From the IMG/VR virus record IMGVR_UViG_3300045136_000892: a stretch of 64,000 nucleotides of DNA, one strand, 5' to 3'. The DNA is from a virus. The translations under genes and the position numbers were made by a program. Positions 44,765-54,536 of the stretch are shown piece after piece (position 1 is the first letter of the stretch; every line of letters starts with the position of its first letter). The notes beneath the pieces are model-generated. The model had not been told where the DNA came from and searched no databases. It was given only the letters and a program-made list of their open reading frames with translations.

Positions 44765-47700
44765 GTGCGAGGAGGACCAGACCGAGGGCGGCCCGAAGAA
44801 GACCGAGGCGACGCTCGACCTGCGGCGGGTCGACCGCCGCCCGCGGTGCGCGATCGCCCGGGGGACCGCGATCCGCGGGACGGGGCGGGCCTGGCCCGGG
44901 GGGAGTCGGCGGGTGCGACTCCGGGACCCGAAGGGTCAGGGGGCGACTCACCGGGCTCGGAGCTCGAGGCCCTCCGGCTCCCTGGTCGGCCGGCCGACGC
45001 CGAACCGACGAATGACTCCGCGGCCCGCGACGGTCCCGGCGCGACCCCCCGGCCGCCGGCCCAACGGGTGTTCTCCTTCGACGGCCCCTCCATCCCCGGC
45101 CCGGCCCCGATGGCGGGGGGACCGGCCGACGGCGGGTCGGGACACGCGACGCACGGCGGGGTCCACGACGGACCGGAGGGCGCGCCGGTCCCGCCGCCGG
45201 CCAACTCCGTCGCCGCGGCCCGCGCGACGGTGGAGGCGATCCGCGTGCTGAAGGGGCTCGAGCGTGACGGCCGCCCCCCCACCGAGGCGGAGCGGAGGAT
45301 CCTCGGGCGGTTCGGCGGGTTCGGGGCCCTGGCCCTCCGCATCTTCCCGGACCCGACGACCGGCCGTTTCAAGAGCCCCTCGTGGCGGGCCCTCGGCGAC
45401 GAACTCCGGCGGCTGCTGACGCCCGAGGAGTACGCGGGCGCCCGACGCACCGTCTTCAACGCCTTCTACACCTCGCCGACGGTCGTTTCGGCCATCTACC
45501 GGGCCTTGAAGCGGCTCGGAGTGCCCGAGGACGCCACGGTCCTGGAGCCCGGCTGCGGCCCGGGCGGTTTTCTGCGTCTCGCCCCCGAGGCGATGCGCTT
45601 CATCGGCGTCGAGCTCGACTCGCTCTCGGGCCGCATCGCCCGGGCCCTCCACCCGCGGCACGACATCCGCATCGAGGACTTCCGCGACACGCGTCTGCTC
45701 GAGGCGGTTGACGCGGTCGTCGGCAACCCGCCCTTCGCCGACCTCAGGCGCGAGCACGCCGGCGAGCGGTTCTCGCTCCACGACTACTTCCTCGCGAAGT
45801 CGCTCGACGCCCTCAGGCCCGGCGGCATCCTGGCGCTCGTCACGACGCACCACACGCTCGACAAGCGCAACGCCCGGGTTCGGGACTACCTCGCGGGGAA
45901 GGCCGACTTCCTGGGGGCGATCCGCCTGCCGTCGGACGCCTTCGCCCGACAGGGGACGCGGGTCGTCGCCGACATCGTCTTCCTGCGACGTCGCGGGGCG
46001 GGGGACGGGGCACGCCACGCCTGCGACGACTGGCTCACGGTCGCCCCGCTCCCCGTCGAGGGCGTGGACGTGCCCGTCAACCGCTACTTCCACGAACACC
46101 CCGAGATGGTGCTCGGGACGTGGAGCCGCTCCGACCGACTCTACGGGGGCGAAGGGGGCTACGGCGTCGCGTCGGCCGGGCCACTCGATGAGGCCCTCCG
46201 GGCCGCCGTGGACCGGCTGCCGCGATTCGAGACCAGTCCGGCCGCGAAGGGCGGCGGGCCGGAGGCCCCGGCCCTCGCGGCCCCGCCCCCGGAGCGGCAC
46301 GTCACCGAGGGGAGCTTTTTCATCGGCGAGGACCGGGTCATCCACCAGGTCGTCGACGGCCGGCCCGAAGCGGTCCTCTACGGCGGCAGGCGGCTCCGGG
46401 CCGACGGCACCATGACCGGTAGGCGCCTCGCGGCCCTCATCCGCCTCCGCGACGAGGCCCGGCGGGTCCTTCGATCCCAGAACGAGGGGTGGCCCGCGGG
46501 CCACCGCGACGCCGCCCGGGCCGCCCTCAACCGCGCCTACGACCTGTTCGTCCTCCGCCACGGGCTCATCAACAAGACGACCTTCAGCGAGTCGAGGGAC
46601 GGGGTCGTCATCCAGCGCATGCCGAACGTCGTGAAGTTCGTCGAGGACCCCGACGCCATGCTCGTCATGGCGCTCGAGGACTGCGACCCGACCACCGGCA
46701 CGGCCGTCAAGGCGGCCGTCATGACGCGGGACGTGGTGGGCAGGACGCCGCCCGTCACGACGGTCCGGAGTGCCGAGGAGGGGCTGCTCGTCTCGCTCGA
46801 CCGAAAGGGCGTGGTCGACGTCCCGTACATCGCCGCCCTCTACGGCAGGGAGGAGGCCCGCGTCGTCGAGGAGCTGGGCGAGCTCGTCTACCGCGACCCC
46901 GAGACCACGACCTGGCGGACGGCGGACGAGTACCTCTCGGGCGACGTCCGAGCGAAGCTCAAAGCGGCCGAGGGGGCGGGGGAGGACTACGCCCGCAATG
47001 TCCTGGCCCTGCGGGCGGTGCAACCCGAGGACGTGCTCCCCGGCGAGATCGACGCCAACCTCGGGGCCCCGTGGATCCCCGCGGGCGACGTCCGAGCCTT
47101 CGCCGCCGGGCTCTTCGGCGTGCCGCCCTCGTCCATCGAGGTGGGGCACTTGAGGAAGGACGCGCTCTGGTCGGTCGAGGGCGACCACGACGCGATGACG
47201 AGCGTCCCGGCGACCACCGACTACGGCACGGCCCGGGCCAACGGCGTCTCCCTCCTCGAGCAGGCGTTGAACCTCAAGGCCCCGGTCGTCTACGACGCCG
47301 TGAATCACGGCGGCCGCGAGGAGCGGGTCGTGAACCGGGACGAGACGCTCGCGGCCCGCGAGAAGCAGCGTCGCATCAAGGACGCCTTCCGCTCGTGGGT
47401 CTTCGCCGACCCCGGGCGGTGCGAGCGGCTGGTCCGGCTCTACAACGACACCTACAACAACCTTCGGCCGCGGGCCTTCGACGGCTCGCACCTCGAGTTC
47501 CCGGGCATGAACACGACGATCTCGCTCCACCCGCACCAGCGGGACGCCGTCTGGCGGGGGATGTGCGGCGGGAACACGCTCCTGGCCCACGTGGTCGGTG
47601 CCGGCAAGACCTTCACGATGGCCGCCATCGGCATGAAGCGCAGGGCCGCGGGCCTGTCGAGGAAGCCGCTCTACGTCGTCCCGAACCACATGCTGGAGCA

Positions 47701-50236
47701 GTTCGCCCGCGAGTTCCAGCAGCTCTACCCGAACGCGAAGCTCCTGGTCGCCACCAAGGACGACCTCGTCCAGCGGCGGCGGAAGCGGCTCACCGCGAAG
47801 GTCGCGAGCTCCGAGTGGGACGGCGTGGTCATCACGCATTCGAGCTTCGAGCGCATCGGGATGTCACGCGAGTACCGGGCCCGGTTCTTGAGAGAGCAGA
47901 TCGCCGAGTACGACCGGCTCCTCGTGGACGGCGAGGAGGGCTCGGGCCGGGCCCACCGGAACGTCATCAAGCAGGTCGAGAAGCAGAAGGCCCGCCACGA
48001 GGAGCGGCTCAAGGACCTCCTCGCCGAGGACAGGAAGGACGACGGCCTGGTCTTCGACGAGCTCGGGGTCGACTACCTCTTCATCGACGAGGCCCACTAC
48101 TTCAAGAACCTCGAGACGCCCACCAAGATGGAGCGGGTGGCCGGCATCCAGACGGGGGGGAGCGAGCGGGCCTTCGACCTCCTCATGAAGGTCAGGTACC
48201 TCGGCGAGCTCCACGAGGGACACGGCGTCACCTTCGCCACCGGGACGCCCATCTCGAACACGATGGTCGAGATGTACACGATGCAGCGGTACCTGGACCC
48301 GAGGGGCCTGAGGGACCGCGGCATCGAGCACTTCGACGCCTGGGCCGCGACCTTCGGCGAGGTCGTCGACGCGATGGAGATCGCCCCGGACGGGGCGAGC
48401 CTGCGCCCCCGCAGCCGGTTCGCGAGGTTCGTGAACCTGCCCGAGCTCCAGCGGATGTTCCGGGCGTTCGCCGACGTGCAGACGGCGGCCATGCTCGACT
48501 TGCCGCGGCTCCGGCTCGCCGGCGGCAAGCCGGCCGTCGTCTCGTGCCCGATGTCCGAGGAGCAGCGGGCCGTCCAGGGGACGCTCGTCGAGCGGTACGA
48601 GCGGATCCGCTCGGAGCGGGTCGACCCGCGCGAGGACAACGCGCTCGCCATCACGACCGAGGGCCGGAAGCTCGCCCTCGACGCCCGGCTCCTCTCGGCC
48701 GCGGCGCCCGCGTCCTCCGAATCGAAGGTAGAGGCGCTCGTCGGCCGCGTGGCCGAAATCTGGCGACGGACCGAAGGGACGAATGGGACGCAGTTGGTCT
48801 TCTGCGACCTGGGCGTCAACCCCACCCCCTGGGGCTACTCGGTCTACGACGAGCTCATCGCGAAGCTCGTCGCCGCCGGCGTCCCGAGGCGGCAGGTCGC
48901 CACCATCGGCGACGCCGACGGCGACGCCCGGAAGCAGGCCCTCTTCGAGCGGGTGCGGCAGGGGACCGTCCGGGTGCTCATCGGCTCGACGCAAAAGATG
49001 GGGACCGGGGCGAACGTCCAGCGCCGGCTCGCGGCCCTGCACCACCTGGACGCCCCGTGGAAGCCGGCCGAGGTCGAGCAGCGGGAGGGCCGCATCCTCC
49101 GGCAGGGGAACGAGAACGAGGTGGTCTCCATCTTCCGCTACGTGACCGAAGGGTCGTTCGACGCCTACATGTGGCAGGCGCTCGAGACCAAGGCCCGGTT
49201 CATCGGCCAGGTGATGACGGGCGAGAGCGGCGTCAGGCGTGCCGAGGACGTCGGCGGCCAGGAGCTGTCCTACGCGGAGGTGAAGGCGATCGCCTCGGGC
49301 AACCCGGCGGTCCTGACGCTCGCGGAGGCGGACGCCGACCTCCAGCGGCTCATGACGCTCCGGAAGCACCACGCGGACGAGCAGTTCCTCGCCCGCAGGA
49401 GCGTCCGGGAGCTGCCCGAGGCCATCGAACGCCTGAGGACGAGGCTCTCCGAGCTATCGGCCGACTCCGAGACCGCCCGTGCCCACGCGGATGACGCGGC
49501 GATCATCGGCGGCATCCCGTGCCCTCGGGACCGGCTCCAGGCCGTCCTCGGGGCCCGGCTCGACGCCCTGCCGGCCGAGGTGGCCCAGACCCGACGCTTC
49601 GTCCTCGGCCGGATGCGTGGGCTCTCGTTCGGCGTCGTCAAGCACCGCTGCGGCGCGCCCGAGGTGTTCGTCGAGGGGCGGGGGGTCCGGGAGAGGCCCC
49701 TCTCGCGAGGGTCGCAGGGGCCGCGGGCCGTCCTGAACGCCCTGGAGCGGCTCTTCGGGAGCTACGGGTCCCGCCGCGAGGAGGTCCGTCGCGAGCTGGC
49801 GCACTTGGAGGCCAAACTCCGCGACTTCGGGGCGAGGCTCGGGGCCGCGTTCCCGCACGAGGCGCACATCGCCGAGCTCTCGGGCCTGCGGGACGAGTTG
49901 AGGCTCGCGTTGTCGGCCCCGCGGGCCGAGGGCATCGAGCCGGAGACGCGGACGGCCGAGGAGTTGCGTCGGCTCATCCTGCATTTGAAGGAATCGCACG
50001 CGGCCGAGGCCGCAGCGCGGCCCGCGCGGGCGCGGCCGGTCACCGCCCGGGTTCGCCGGGACGACGGGCGGCCCCGCGTGGAGGACGCCTGGCCCGAGAC
50101 GGAGGAAGCAGCCGCGGGCGACGACCTCACCCCGAGACCCGACGCCGCCCGTCCCGCGGGGCCGGCTCCGTCCGGGCCGTCCGGGCACCCACCGAGGGAG
50201 GTCCACGGCCGGAAGTACCAGAAGTGGCTGTTCTAA
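44765..50236 (+). CDS. Large N6-adenine methylase-SNF2 helicase fusion (DarB-like); start uncertain
   Basis: NAFYTS, LEPGCGPG, GNPPF, SLHDYF; HVVGAGKT, IDEAH, FATGTP, MGTGANVQ, QREGRILRQGN. Confidence 0.9.
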   Translation: MRGGPDRGRPEEDRGDARPAAGRPPPAVRDRPGDRDPRDGAGLARGESAGATPGPEGSGGDSPGSELEALRLPGRPADAEPTNDSAARDGPGATPRPPAQRVFSFDGPSIPGPAPMAGGPADGGSGHATHGGVHDGPEGAPVPPPANSVAAARATVEAIRVLKGLERDGRPPTEAERRILGRFGGFGALALRIFPDPTTGRFKSPSWRALGDELRRLLTPEEYAGARRTVFNAFYTSPTVVSAIYRALKRLGVPEDATVLEPGCGPGGFLRLAPEAMRFIGVELDSLSGRIARALHPRHDIRIEDFRDTRLLEAVDAVVGNPPFADLRREHAGERFSLHDYFLAKSLDALRPGGILALVTTHHTLDKRNARVRDYLAGKADFLGAIRLPSDAFARQGTRVVADIVFLRRRGAGDGARHACDDWLTVAPLPVEGVDVPVNRYFHEHPEMVLGTWSRSDRLYGGEGGYGVASAGPLDEALRAAVDRLPRFETSPAAKGGGPEAPALAAPPPERHVTEGSFFIGEDRVIHQVVDGRPEAVLYGGRRLRADGTMTGRRLAALIRLRDEARRVLRSQNEGWPAGHRDAARAALNRAYDLFVLRHGLINKTTFSESRDGVVIQRMPNVVKFVEDPDAMLVMALEDCDPTTGTAVKAAVMTRDVVGRTPPVTTVRSAEEGLLVSLDRKGVVDVPYIAALYGREEARVVEELGELVYRDPETTTWRTADEYLSGDVRAKLKAAEGAGEDYARNVLALRAVQPEDVLPGEIDANLGAPWIPAGDVRAFAAGLFGVPPSSIEVGHLRKDALWSVEGDHDAMTSVPATTDYGTARANGVSLLEQALNLKAPVVYDAVNHGGREERVVNRDETLAAREKQRRIKDAFRSWVFADPGRCERLVRLYNDTYNNLRPRAFDGSHLEFPGMNTTISLHPHQRDAVWRGMCGGNTLLAHVVGAGKTFTMAAIGMKRRAAGLSRKPLYVVPNHMLEQFAREFQQLYPNAKLLVATKDDLVQRRRKRLTAKVASSEWDGVVITHSSFERIGMSREYRARFLREQIAEYDRLLVDGEEGSGRAHRNVIKQVEKQKARHEERLKDLLAEDRKDDGLVFDELGVDYLFIDEAHYFKNLETPTKMERVAGIQTGGSERAFDLLMKVRYLGELHEGHGVTFATGTPISNTMVEMYTMQRYLDPRGLRDRGIEHFDAWAATFGEVVDAMEIAPDGASLRPRSRFARFVNLPELQRMFRAFADVQTAAMLDLPRLRLAGGKPAVVSCPMSEEQRAVQGTLVERYERIRSERVDPREDNALAITTEGRKLALDARLLSAAAPASSESKVEALVGRVAEIWRRTEGTNGTQLVFCDLGVNPTPWGYSVYDELIAKLVAAGVPRRQVATIGDADGDARKQALFERVRQGTVRVLIGSTQKMGTGANVQRRLAALHHLDAPWKPAEVEQREGRILRQGNENEVVSIFRYVTEGSFDAYMWQALETKARFIGQVMTGESGVRRAEDVGGQELSYAEVKAIASGNPAVLTLAEADADLQRLMTLRKHHADEQFLARRSVRELPEAIERLRTRLSELSADSETARAHADDAAIIGGIPCPRDRLQAVLGARLDALPAEVAQTRRFVLGRMRGLSFGVVKHRCGAPEVFVEGRGVRERPLSRGSQGPRAVLNALERLFGSYGSRREEVRRELAHLEAKLRDFGARLGAAFPHEAHIAELSGLRDELRLALSAPRAEGIEPETRTAEELRRLILHLKESHAAEAAARPARARPVTARVRRDDGRPRVEDAWPETEEAAAGDDLTPRPDAARPAGPAPSGPSGHPPREVHGRKYQKWLF

Positions 50237-50569
50237 GAACGTCCGGGAATCCCGCAGTTTCTGCTTCTGTTGATATTATTAATAAGATTTATCTTATTAT
50301 TTAATTATCTATATAGCAGGTGGCGTAGCGGTGATGCCGCCGCCCTTCGCCGGCATCTTCGGCGAGGTTTCGCGCGTCCCGGTTCAGCGGCGAAGCAGGG
50401 CACGCGCACCGAGCCCTTGGTCCGAAGGGTCGCCGTTTCACCGCTCCGCCGGGCGCCGGGCAAAGGCAGCGGCGTCACCGTGCGCCTCAGGGCCGGGTGG
50501 GATGAGACGCCTGCCCCGGGTCCTGCAAGGTATCCCGGATAGGGCAGTGCGATGGCCCTGGGGAGCTGG

Positions 50570-50850
50570 GGCGGCCGATCCGGCGGCATCGGTCGGTGGA
50601 GAACGAGCTGCATTGGCCGCTCGACGCGGCCTTCGGCGTGGCCCGCCGCCGAGGCGTGTCGGCGACTGCTGGACATGGTCGCCGCCGGCAAGGCCGCCGC
50701 CGGGAGCTTGGCCCACGCCCACATCCTGCTCAAGGCCGAGGCCGCGGAGGCGCGGGTCCCACTGTCCCGACGGCTTTGCCTTCGAAGCCGTTGGGATGAC
50801 GTCGTCACCGTCGAGCGGGTCCGCCAGCGATCCGTCAAGCTGGACCTCCC
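50570..50850 (+). pseudogene. Fused ISAs1 and IS630 transposase remnants
   Basis: VENELHWPLDAAFG (ISAs1-like) followed by GKAAAGSLAHAHILLKAE...TVERVRQR (IS630 HTH-like). Confidence 0.6.
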
Positions 50851-51060
50851 GGGCGGCGTTGAGCTCGTGGCACTGGATGCTTTCCCCCGCAGACACCCAG
50901 CCGTGACCCGCCCTGGCCCCACCGCCGGATCGGCTTGAGGCGCCGGAACGCGAAGGGGATGCCTTCACGGGCGACCGACTGGTCCAGGGACCCGCGCTTC
51001 ACGCCGGGATCGGGAGCTCGGTTGAGCGACGGGCCATCGCGCGGCCGGGGCCCGGCTCGT

Positions 51061-51297
51061 TCACCCGATCCCCGCCGACTCGAGCAGGTACGCGAGCCTC
51101 ACGCCGTAGACGCGACAGAACTCGGCCAGCTCGACCACGTCGACCCGCCGCTCGCCCGACTCGCACTTCGAGACGTACGACGCGTAGGTCCCGAGCCTCT
51201 CGGCCACGTCGAGCTGGGTCAGCCCCGCATCCTTGCGCGCCCGGCGCAGGGCCACGAGCAGCCGCTCGTACCTGCGGGTGTGCTGGGACTTCTCCAT
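51061..51297 (-). CDS. XRE-family HTH regulator
   Basis: LRRARKDAGLTQLDVAERLG...YVSKCESGERRVDVVE. Confidence 0.9.
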   Translation of the reverse strand: MEKSQHTRRYERLLVALRRARKDAGLTQLDVAERLGTYASYVSKCESGERRVDVVELAEFCRVYGVRLAYLLESAGIG

Positions 51298-51348
51298 TGC
51301 GGCCCGCCGTAGGCTTCCCCTTGTCGGAGCCTACGGCCGGACCCTAGA

Positions 51349-51367
51349 ATTTCCCAAGTTGGGAAAT
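51349..51367. promoter_or_regulatory. Perfect palindromic operator between divergent genes
   Basis: ATTTCCCAA-G-TTGGGAAAT. Confidence 0.65.
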
Positions 51368-51668
51368 CTTCCCGACTGTCCCGAAGGCATGGACCGGGCG
51401 AACGACGAGTTGGCCCGGCGACGATGAACCCCATTCAGGAGGGCAGGGCGATGACGAACGGCGGCCATCCCGAGGGTGGCGCCGCGGGGAAGCCCGCTTC
51501 GGAGAAGCCCGCCCCGCCGCCCGAGAAGCAGGAGAAGAAGGAGGGCGGGAAGCCGCCCGCCACGACGTCGACCGCGGACGGTTCGCGGGAGGCTCGGGAA
51601 GCCCACGCCTGAGACGGCATCGTCGGACACGCCCCGGGGCCACCCGGGCCGGGGTTGCGACGCCCGCT

Positions 51669-52481
51669 TTGCCAAATGACTCAGCCCGTGTAGAGTCCCG
51701 GCTCGTGCGGGAACTCAAGCGGGACAATTTCGGGCTCCTGATCGCCTATCTCTTGCCGGGGTCGGTCGCCCTGTGGGGGGCCTCGTATCACGTCGTGGTC
51801 GTCCGCGACTGGCTCACGACCGCCCCGGCGGAGGGCCCCTCGATCGGGGGCTTCCTGCACGCGACGCTCGCGTCGACGGCCCTCGGACTCGTCATCAGCG
51901 CCGTCCGCTGGGCACTGATCGACCGGCTCCTGGCGCGGGCCGGCGTCCGGCAGCCCGCCTGGGATTTCGAGCTCTTCGCCGAGCGGCTCGCCGCCTACGA
52001 GTGGCTCGTCGCGAACCACTACCGCTACTACCAGTTCTACGCGAACATGCTCGTGGCCCTGGCCTGCGCCTACGTGGCGAGGCTCGCCGCCATCGGGGAC
52101 TTCGGACGACGCGAGGGCCCGGTCGCCGCGGGCTTCCTCCTCGTCGAGGTCGTCCTCCTCCTGGGCGCGCGGGACGCGCTTCGCAAGTACTACGCCAGGA
52201 CGCGAGCCCTCCTCGCGCGGAGGAACCGTCGCCGCCGGAAGGATGGAGCACGGCCGGTCGTTGCGCGCACGTCGTCGCGAGGGCCGAAGGCCCGCCGGGC
52301 GACGTCGGATCCCGCCGATCGGACGGAAGCAGCCCCTACATGCCCACCCAGCGGCCAGTCGACCGCCGAGCAGGCTCGCCACGGGGCGGCCCAGTCAGGG
52401 CCGGACGCCGGGGCATCGAGCCGGCGACGCGAACCGGGGGAGGGCGCCGGGGGAGGGGGCTCGACGGGGGGCCGGACTTGA
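51669..52481 (+). CDS. Multi-pass membrane protein
   Basis: Four hydrophobic segments; NFGLLIAYLLPG and NHYRYYQFYAN. Preceded by a short MTNGGHP ORF (51451-51612). Confidence 0.7.
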   Translation: MPNDSARVESRLVRELKRDNFGLLIAYLLPGSVALWGASYHVVVVRDWLTTAPAEGPSIGGFLHATLASTALGLVISAVRWALIDRLLARAGVRQPAWDFELFAERLAAYEWLVANHYRYYQFYANMLVALACAYVARLAAIGDFGRREGPVAAGFLLVEVVLLLGARDALRKYYARTRALLARRNRRRRKDGARPVVARTSSRGPKARRATSDPADRTEAAPTCPPSGQSTAEQARHGAAQSGPDAGASSRRREPGEGAGGGGSTGGRT

Positions 52482-52749
52482 ACCTGGTGTCGACTTCGGA
52501 GCTCGAACCCCGCCAGACCCGCCGGCTCAAGAGGATGGGGACGGGCTCGGTCGCGGGCGTCACGGATCGAGGGGCCCCCGTTGCGGGGCTCGAACCCGTC
52601 GGGACGGCCGGCCACTCGGACGGCCCCGCCGCGGCGCTCACGGCCCGTGGCCTCCTGGCCCGCCTCCCCGGCCAGCCGCTCGCCCGCGGTCGCCCCGAGC
52701 GGCCCATGGCGCTTCCCCATGCCTTCCCCTGCGCAAGCCGCAGGACAGC

Positions 52750-52890
52750 TCAGATGGCGATGTGCCCGATCTCAACTGGCGTGATCTTGTCACTGGTGCG
52801 GTCGTAGAGCTTGGTCGTCTCGGGCGATTCCTGGGTGGCGAACTGCCGGGCCCTCTCTATCGTCCCGCCGGCCTCGACGAGCGGGACGCT
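52750..52890 (-). pseudogene. C-terminal remnant of a tyrosine recombinase
   Basis: GGTIERARQFATQESPETTKLYDRTSDKIT...IAI matches a Xer-like tail with the catalytic His lost. Confidence 0.65.
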
Positions 52891-53612
52891 GGCGGCCTTG
52901 GCGGCCACCCTCAAGTCCGCGTCGAGCGTAGCCTGCGGCAGGCCCCGTCGCATGGGGAGAAAAAAGGTAAGCCGCCTCGTAGGCTGATAGGTTGCGGGCC
53001 CGCGCAAGGGCCATGGTTTCGCCTTCGTGACGGTGGGGGCGCGGAGAGGTGAGCGGCCCACGCCAGAGAGCGTCAATCCTCATCCTGTCGTCGAACACCT
53101 CATGCCCAGGGGTTTGGGCAATGACCGGTTCGGGTGGCCCTGCAGCTCGATGGCCAAGAGGCAAACCGGAGCGGGTGAGTTGCCGTGGTTGCGGTCGACT
53201 CACCTGCGTCCCCGCGGGCCGCACCCGGTTAAGTCTTCCGCGTCAGAACCGTCTCGCCCTGGGCGTAGCAGATCCACTCGTACGACTGACGAGCCACCTC
53301 CTGCAACGAGAGCAGGTCGTCGCGGGCGAACCCCGGAGAACGGTTCGCGTCCCCCGAGTGCCCCACGGTCGCCAGTTCAACGGAATACGACCCGGCCTCC
53401 TCCCGGATGGCCGCTTCGACCCGTCCGACCAGGATCCGATGAACCGCTTGAGTCTCGGACATGGTAACCTCCGAAAAAGCACCCCCGGCAACTCACCGCT
53501 CGTCAGCCACCGGCGGTGGCTCACGAGGGGTTGATCGCTAGGGCGGAGGTCACGCGGCTGAACTGAGGCGGCCCGGGCCTCCGATCGTCATAACCCGGGA
53601 CACCAGCTCGAG

Positions 53613-54536
53613 TCAAATCACCCCGGAGTCCGTGAAAGCGCGCTCGATCTCGGCCTCGAACTCCTCGGCCGTCTTGAAGCGGAGTTCGTCCGTGTCGTCC
53701 AGGCAGGTGTCGACGACGGCGGCGACTTGGGCCGGGACGTCGGGGCGGCGAGCCCGGATCGGCACGACGGGCTGGGTCTCGATGATCGTGAGCCGGTTCC
53801 CCCGTCCGAAGTCCCGCGGGGGCGACTTAGTCAGGAGGAAATAGAGGACGGCCGCAGCCGACCAGACGTCCACCTCCGGCTCGGCTTCGAGGTAGTCGTG
53901 GTACTGCTGGCGACACATGTACTCCGGGGTCCCGCCCACCTGCGACCGGTCCGTGATCCTGCTCCAGCCGGCGGCCCGGAACGCCTTGGCCAGACCGCAG
54001 TCGCTCACCTTGACCAGCCGGGCCGCGACGGTCCCGCCGAACAGGATGTTGGCGGGCTTGAGGTCCCGGTGGACGACGCCCACCTCAGGGCGGGTGCCGC
54101 CGTCTCGGTCGACGGCCGTCACCGGAGCAGTGGCCAGATATCGGAGGGCGGCGAGGACTGGGAGTATGATCGCGCGGGCCTCGGCGAGCGGGAGGGCGGG
54201 GCGGTCCCGCATGTACTCGTTCAGGTCGCCGCCGTCGCAGTACTCCATCGTGAAGTACGGCGCGCCAGCGTGCTCCCCGTGGCCGAAGAACCGGACGACG
54301 TTGGGGTGGTCCAGGGCCTTGAGCGTCTCGATCTCGCGGAGGAACCGGGCGCGGACGAGCGAGTCGCCGGAGTGGAGGGCCTGTTGGCGGATGACCTTCA
54401 ATACCAGGTCGGCCTGTCCCGGGATGGTCGAATGGTAGAGATGGGCCTCGCCCATCGCACCCCCGGAGAACTTACTAACGTAGCGGAACCCAGGAAGGTC
54501 GGGGAGGTGATCGGGGAGCTTGGGGGCGGGAGTCAT
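53613..54536 (-). CDS. Hanks-type Ser/Thr protein kinase
   Basis: GGAMGEA, VLK, RFLREI, HPNVV, MEYCDGG, HRDLKPANIL, DCGLAK, GTPEYM, DVWS; ATGA overlap with the upstream kinase. Confidence 0.92.
   Translation of the reverse strand: MTPAPKLPDHLPDLPGFRYVSKFSGGAMGEAHLYHSTIPGQADLVLKVIRQQALHSGDSLVRARFLREIETLKALDHPNVVRFFGHGEHAGAPYFTMEYCDGGDLNEYMRDRPALPLAEARAIILPVLAALRYLATAPVTAVDRDGGTRPEVGVVHRDLKPANILFGGTVAARLVKVSDCGLAKAFRAAGWSRITDRSQVGGTPEYMCRQQYHDYLEAEPEVDVWSAAAVLYFLLTKSPPRDFGRGNRLTIIETQPVVPIRARRPDVPAQVAAVVDTCLDDTDELRFKTAEEFEAEIERAFTDSGVI

Noticed and set aside
44948-49494. 963-aa and 1001-aa ORFs overlapping the methylase-helicase
   Set aside because: Shadow ORFs caused by high GC3.
52470-52600. 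Three GGTTCRA T-loop-like motifs on the minus strand
   Set aside because: Stems pair poorly and no other tRNA arms are present; likely chance in GC-rich DNA.
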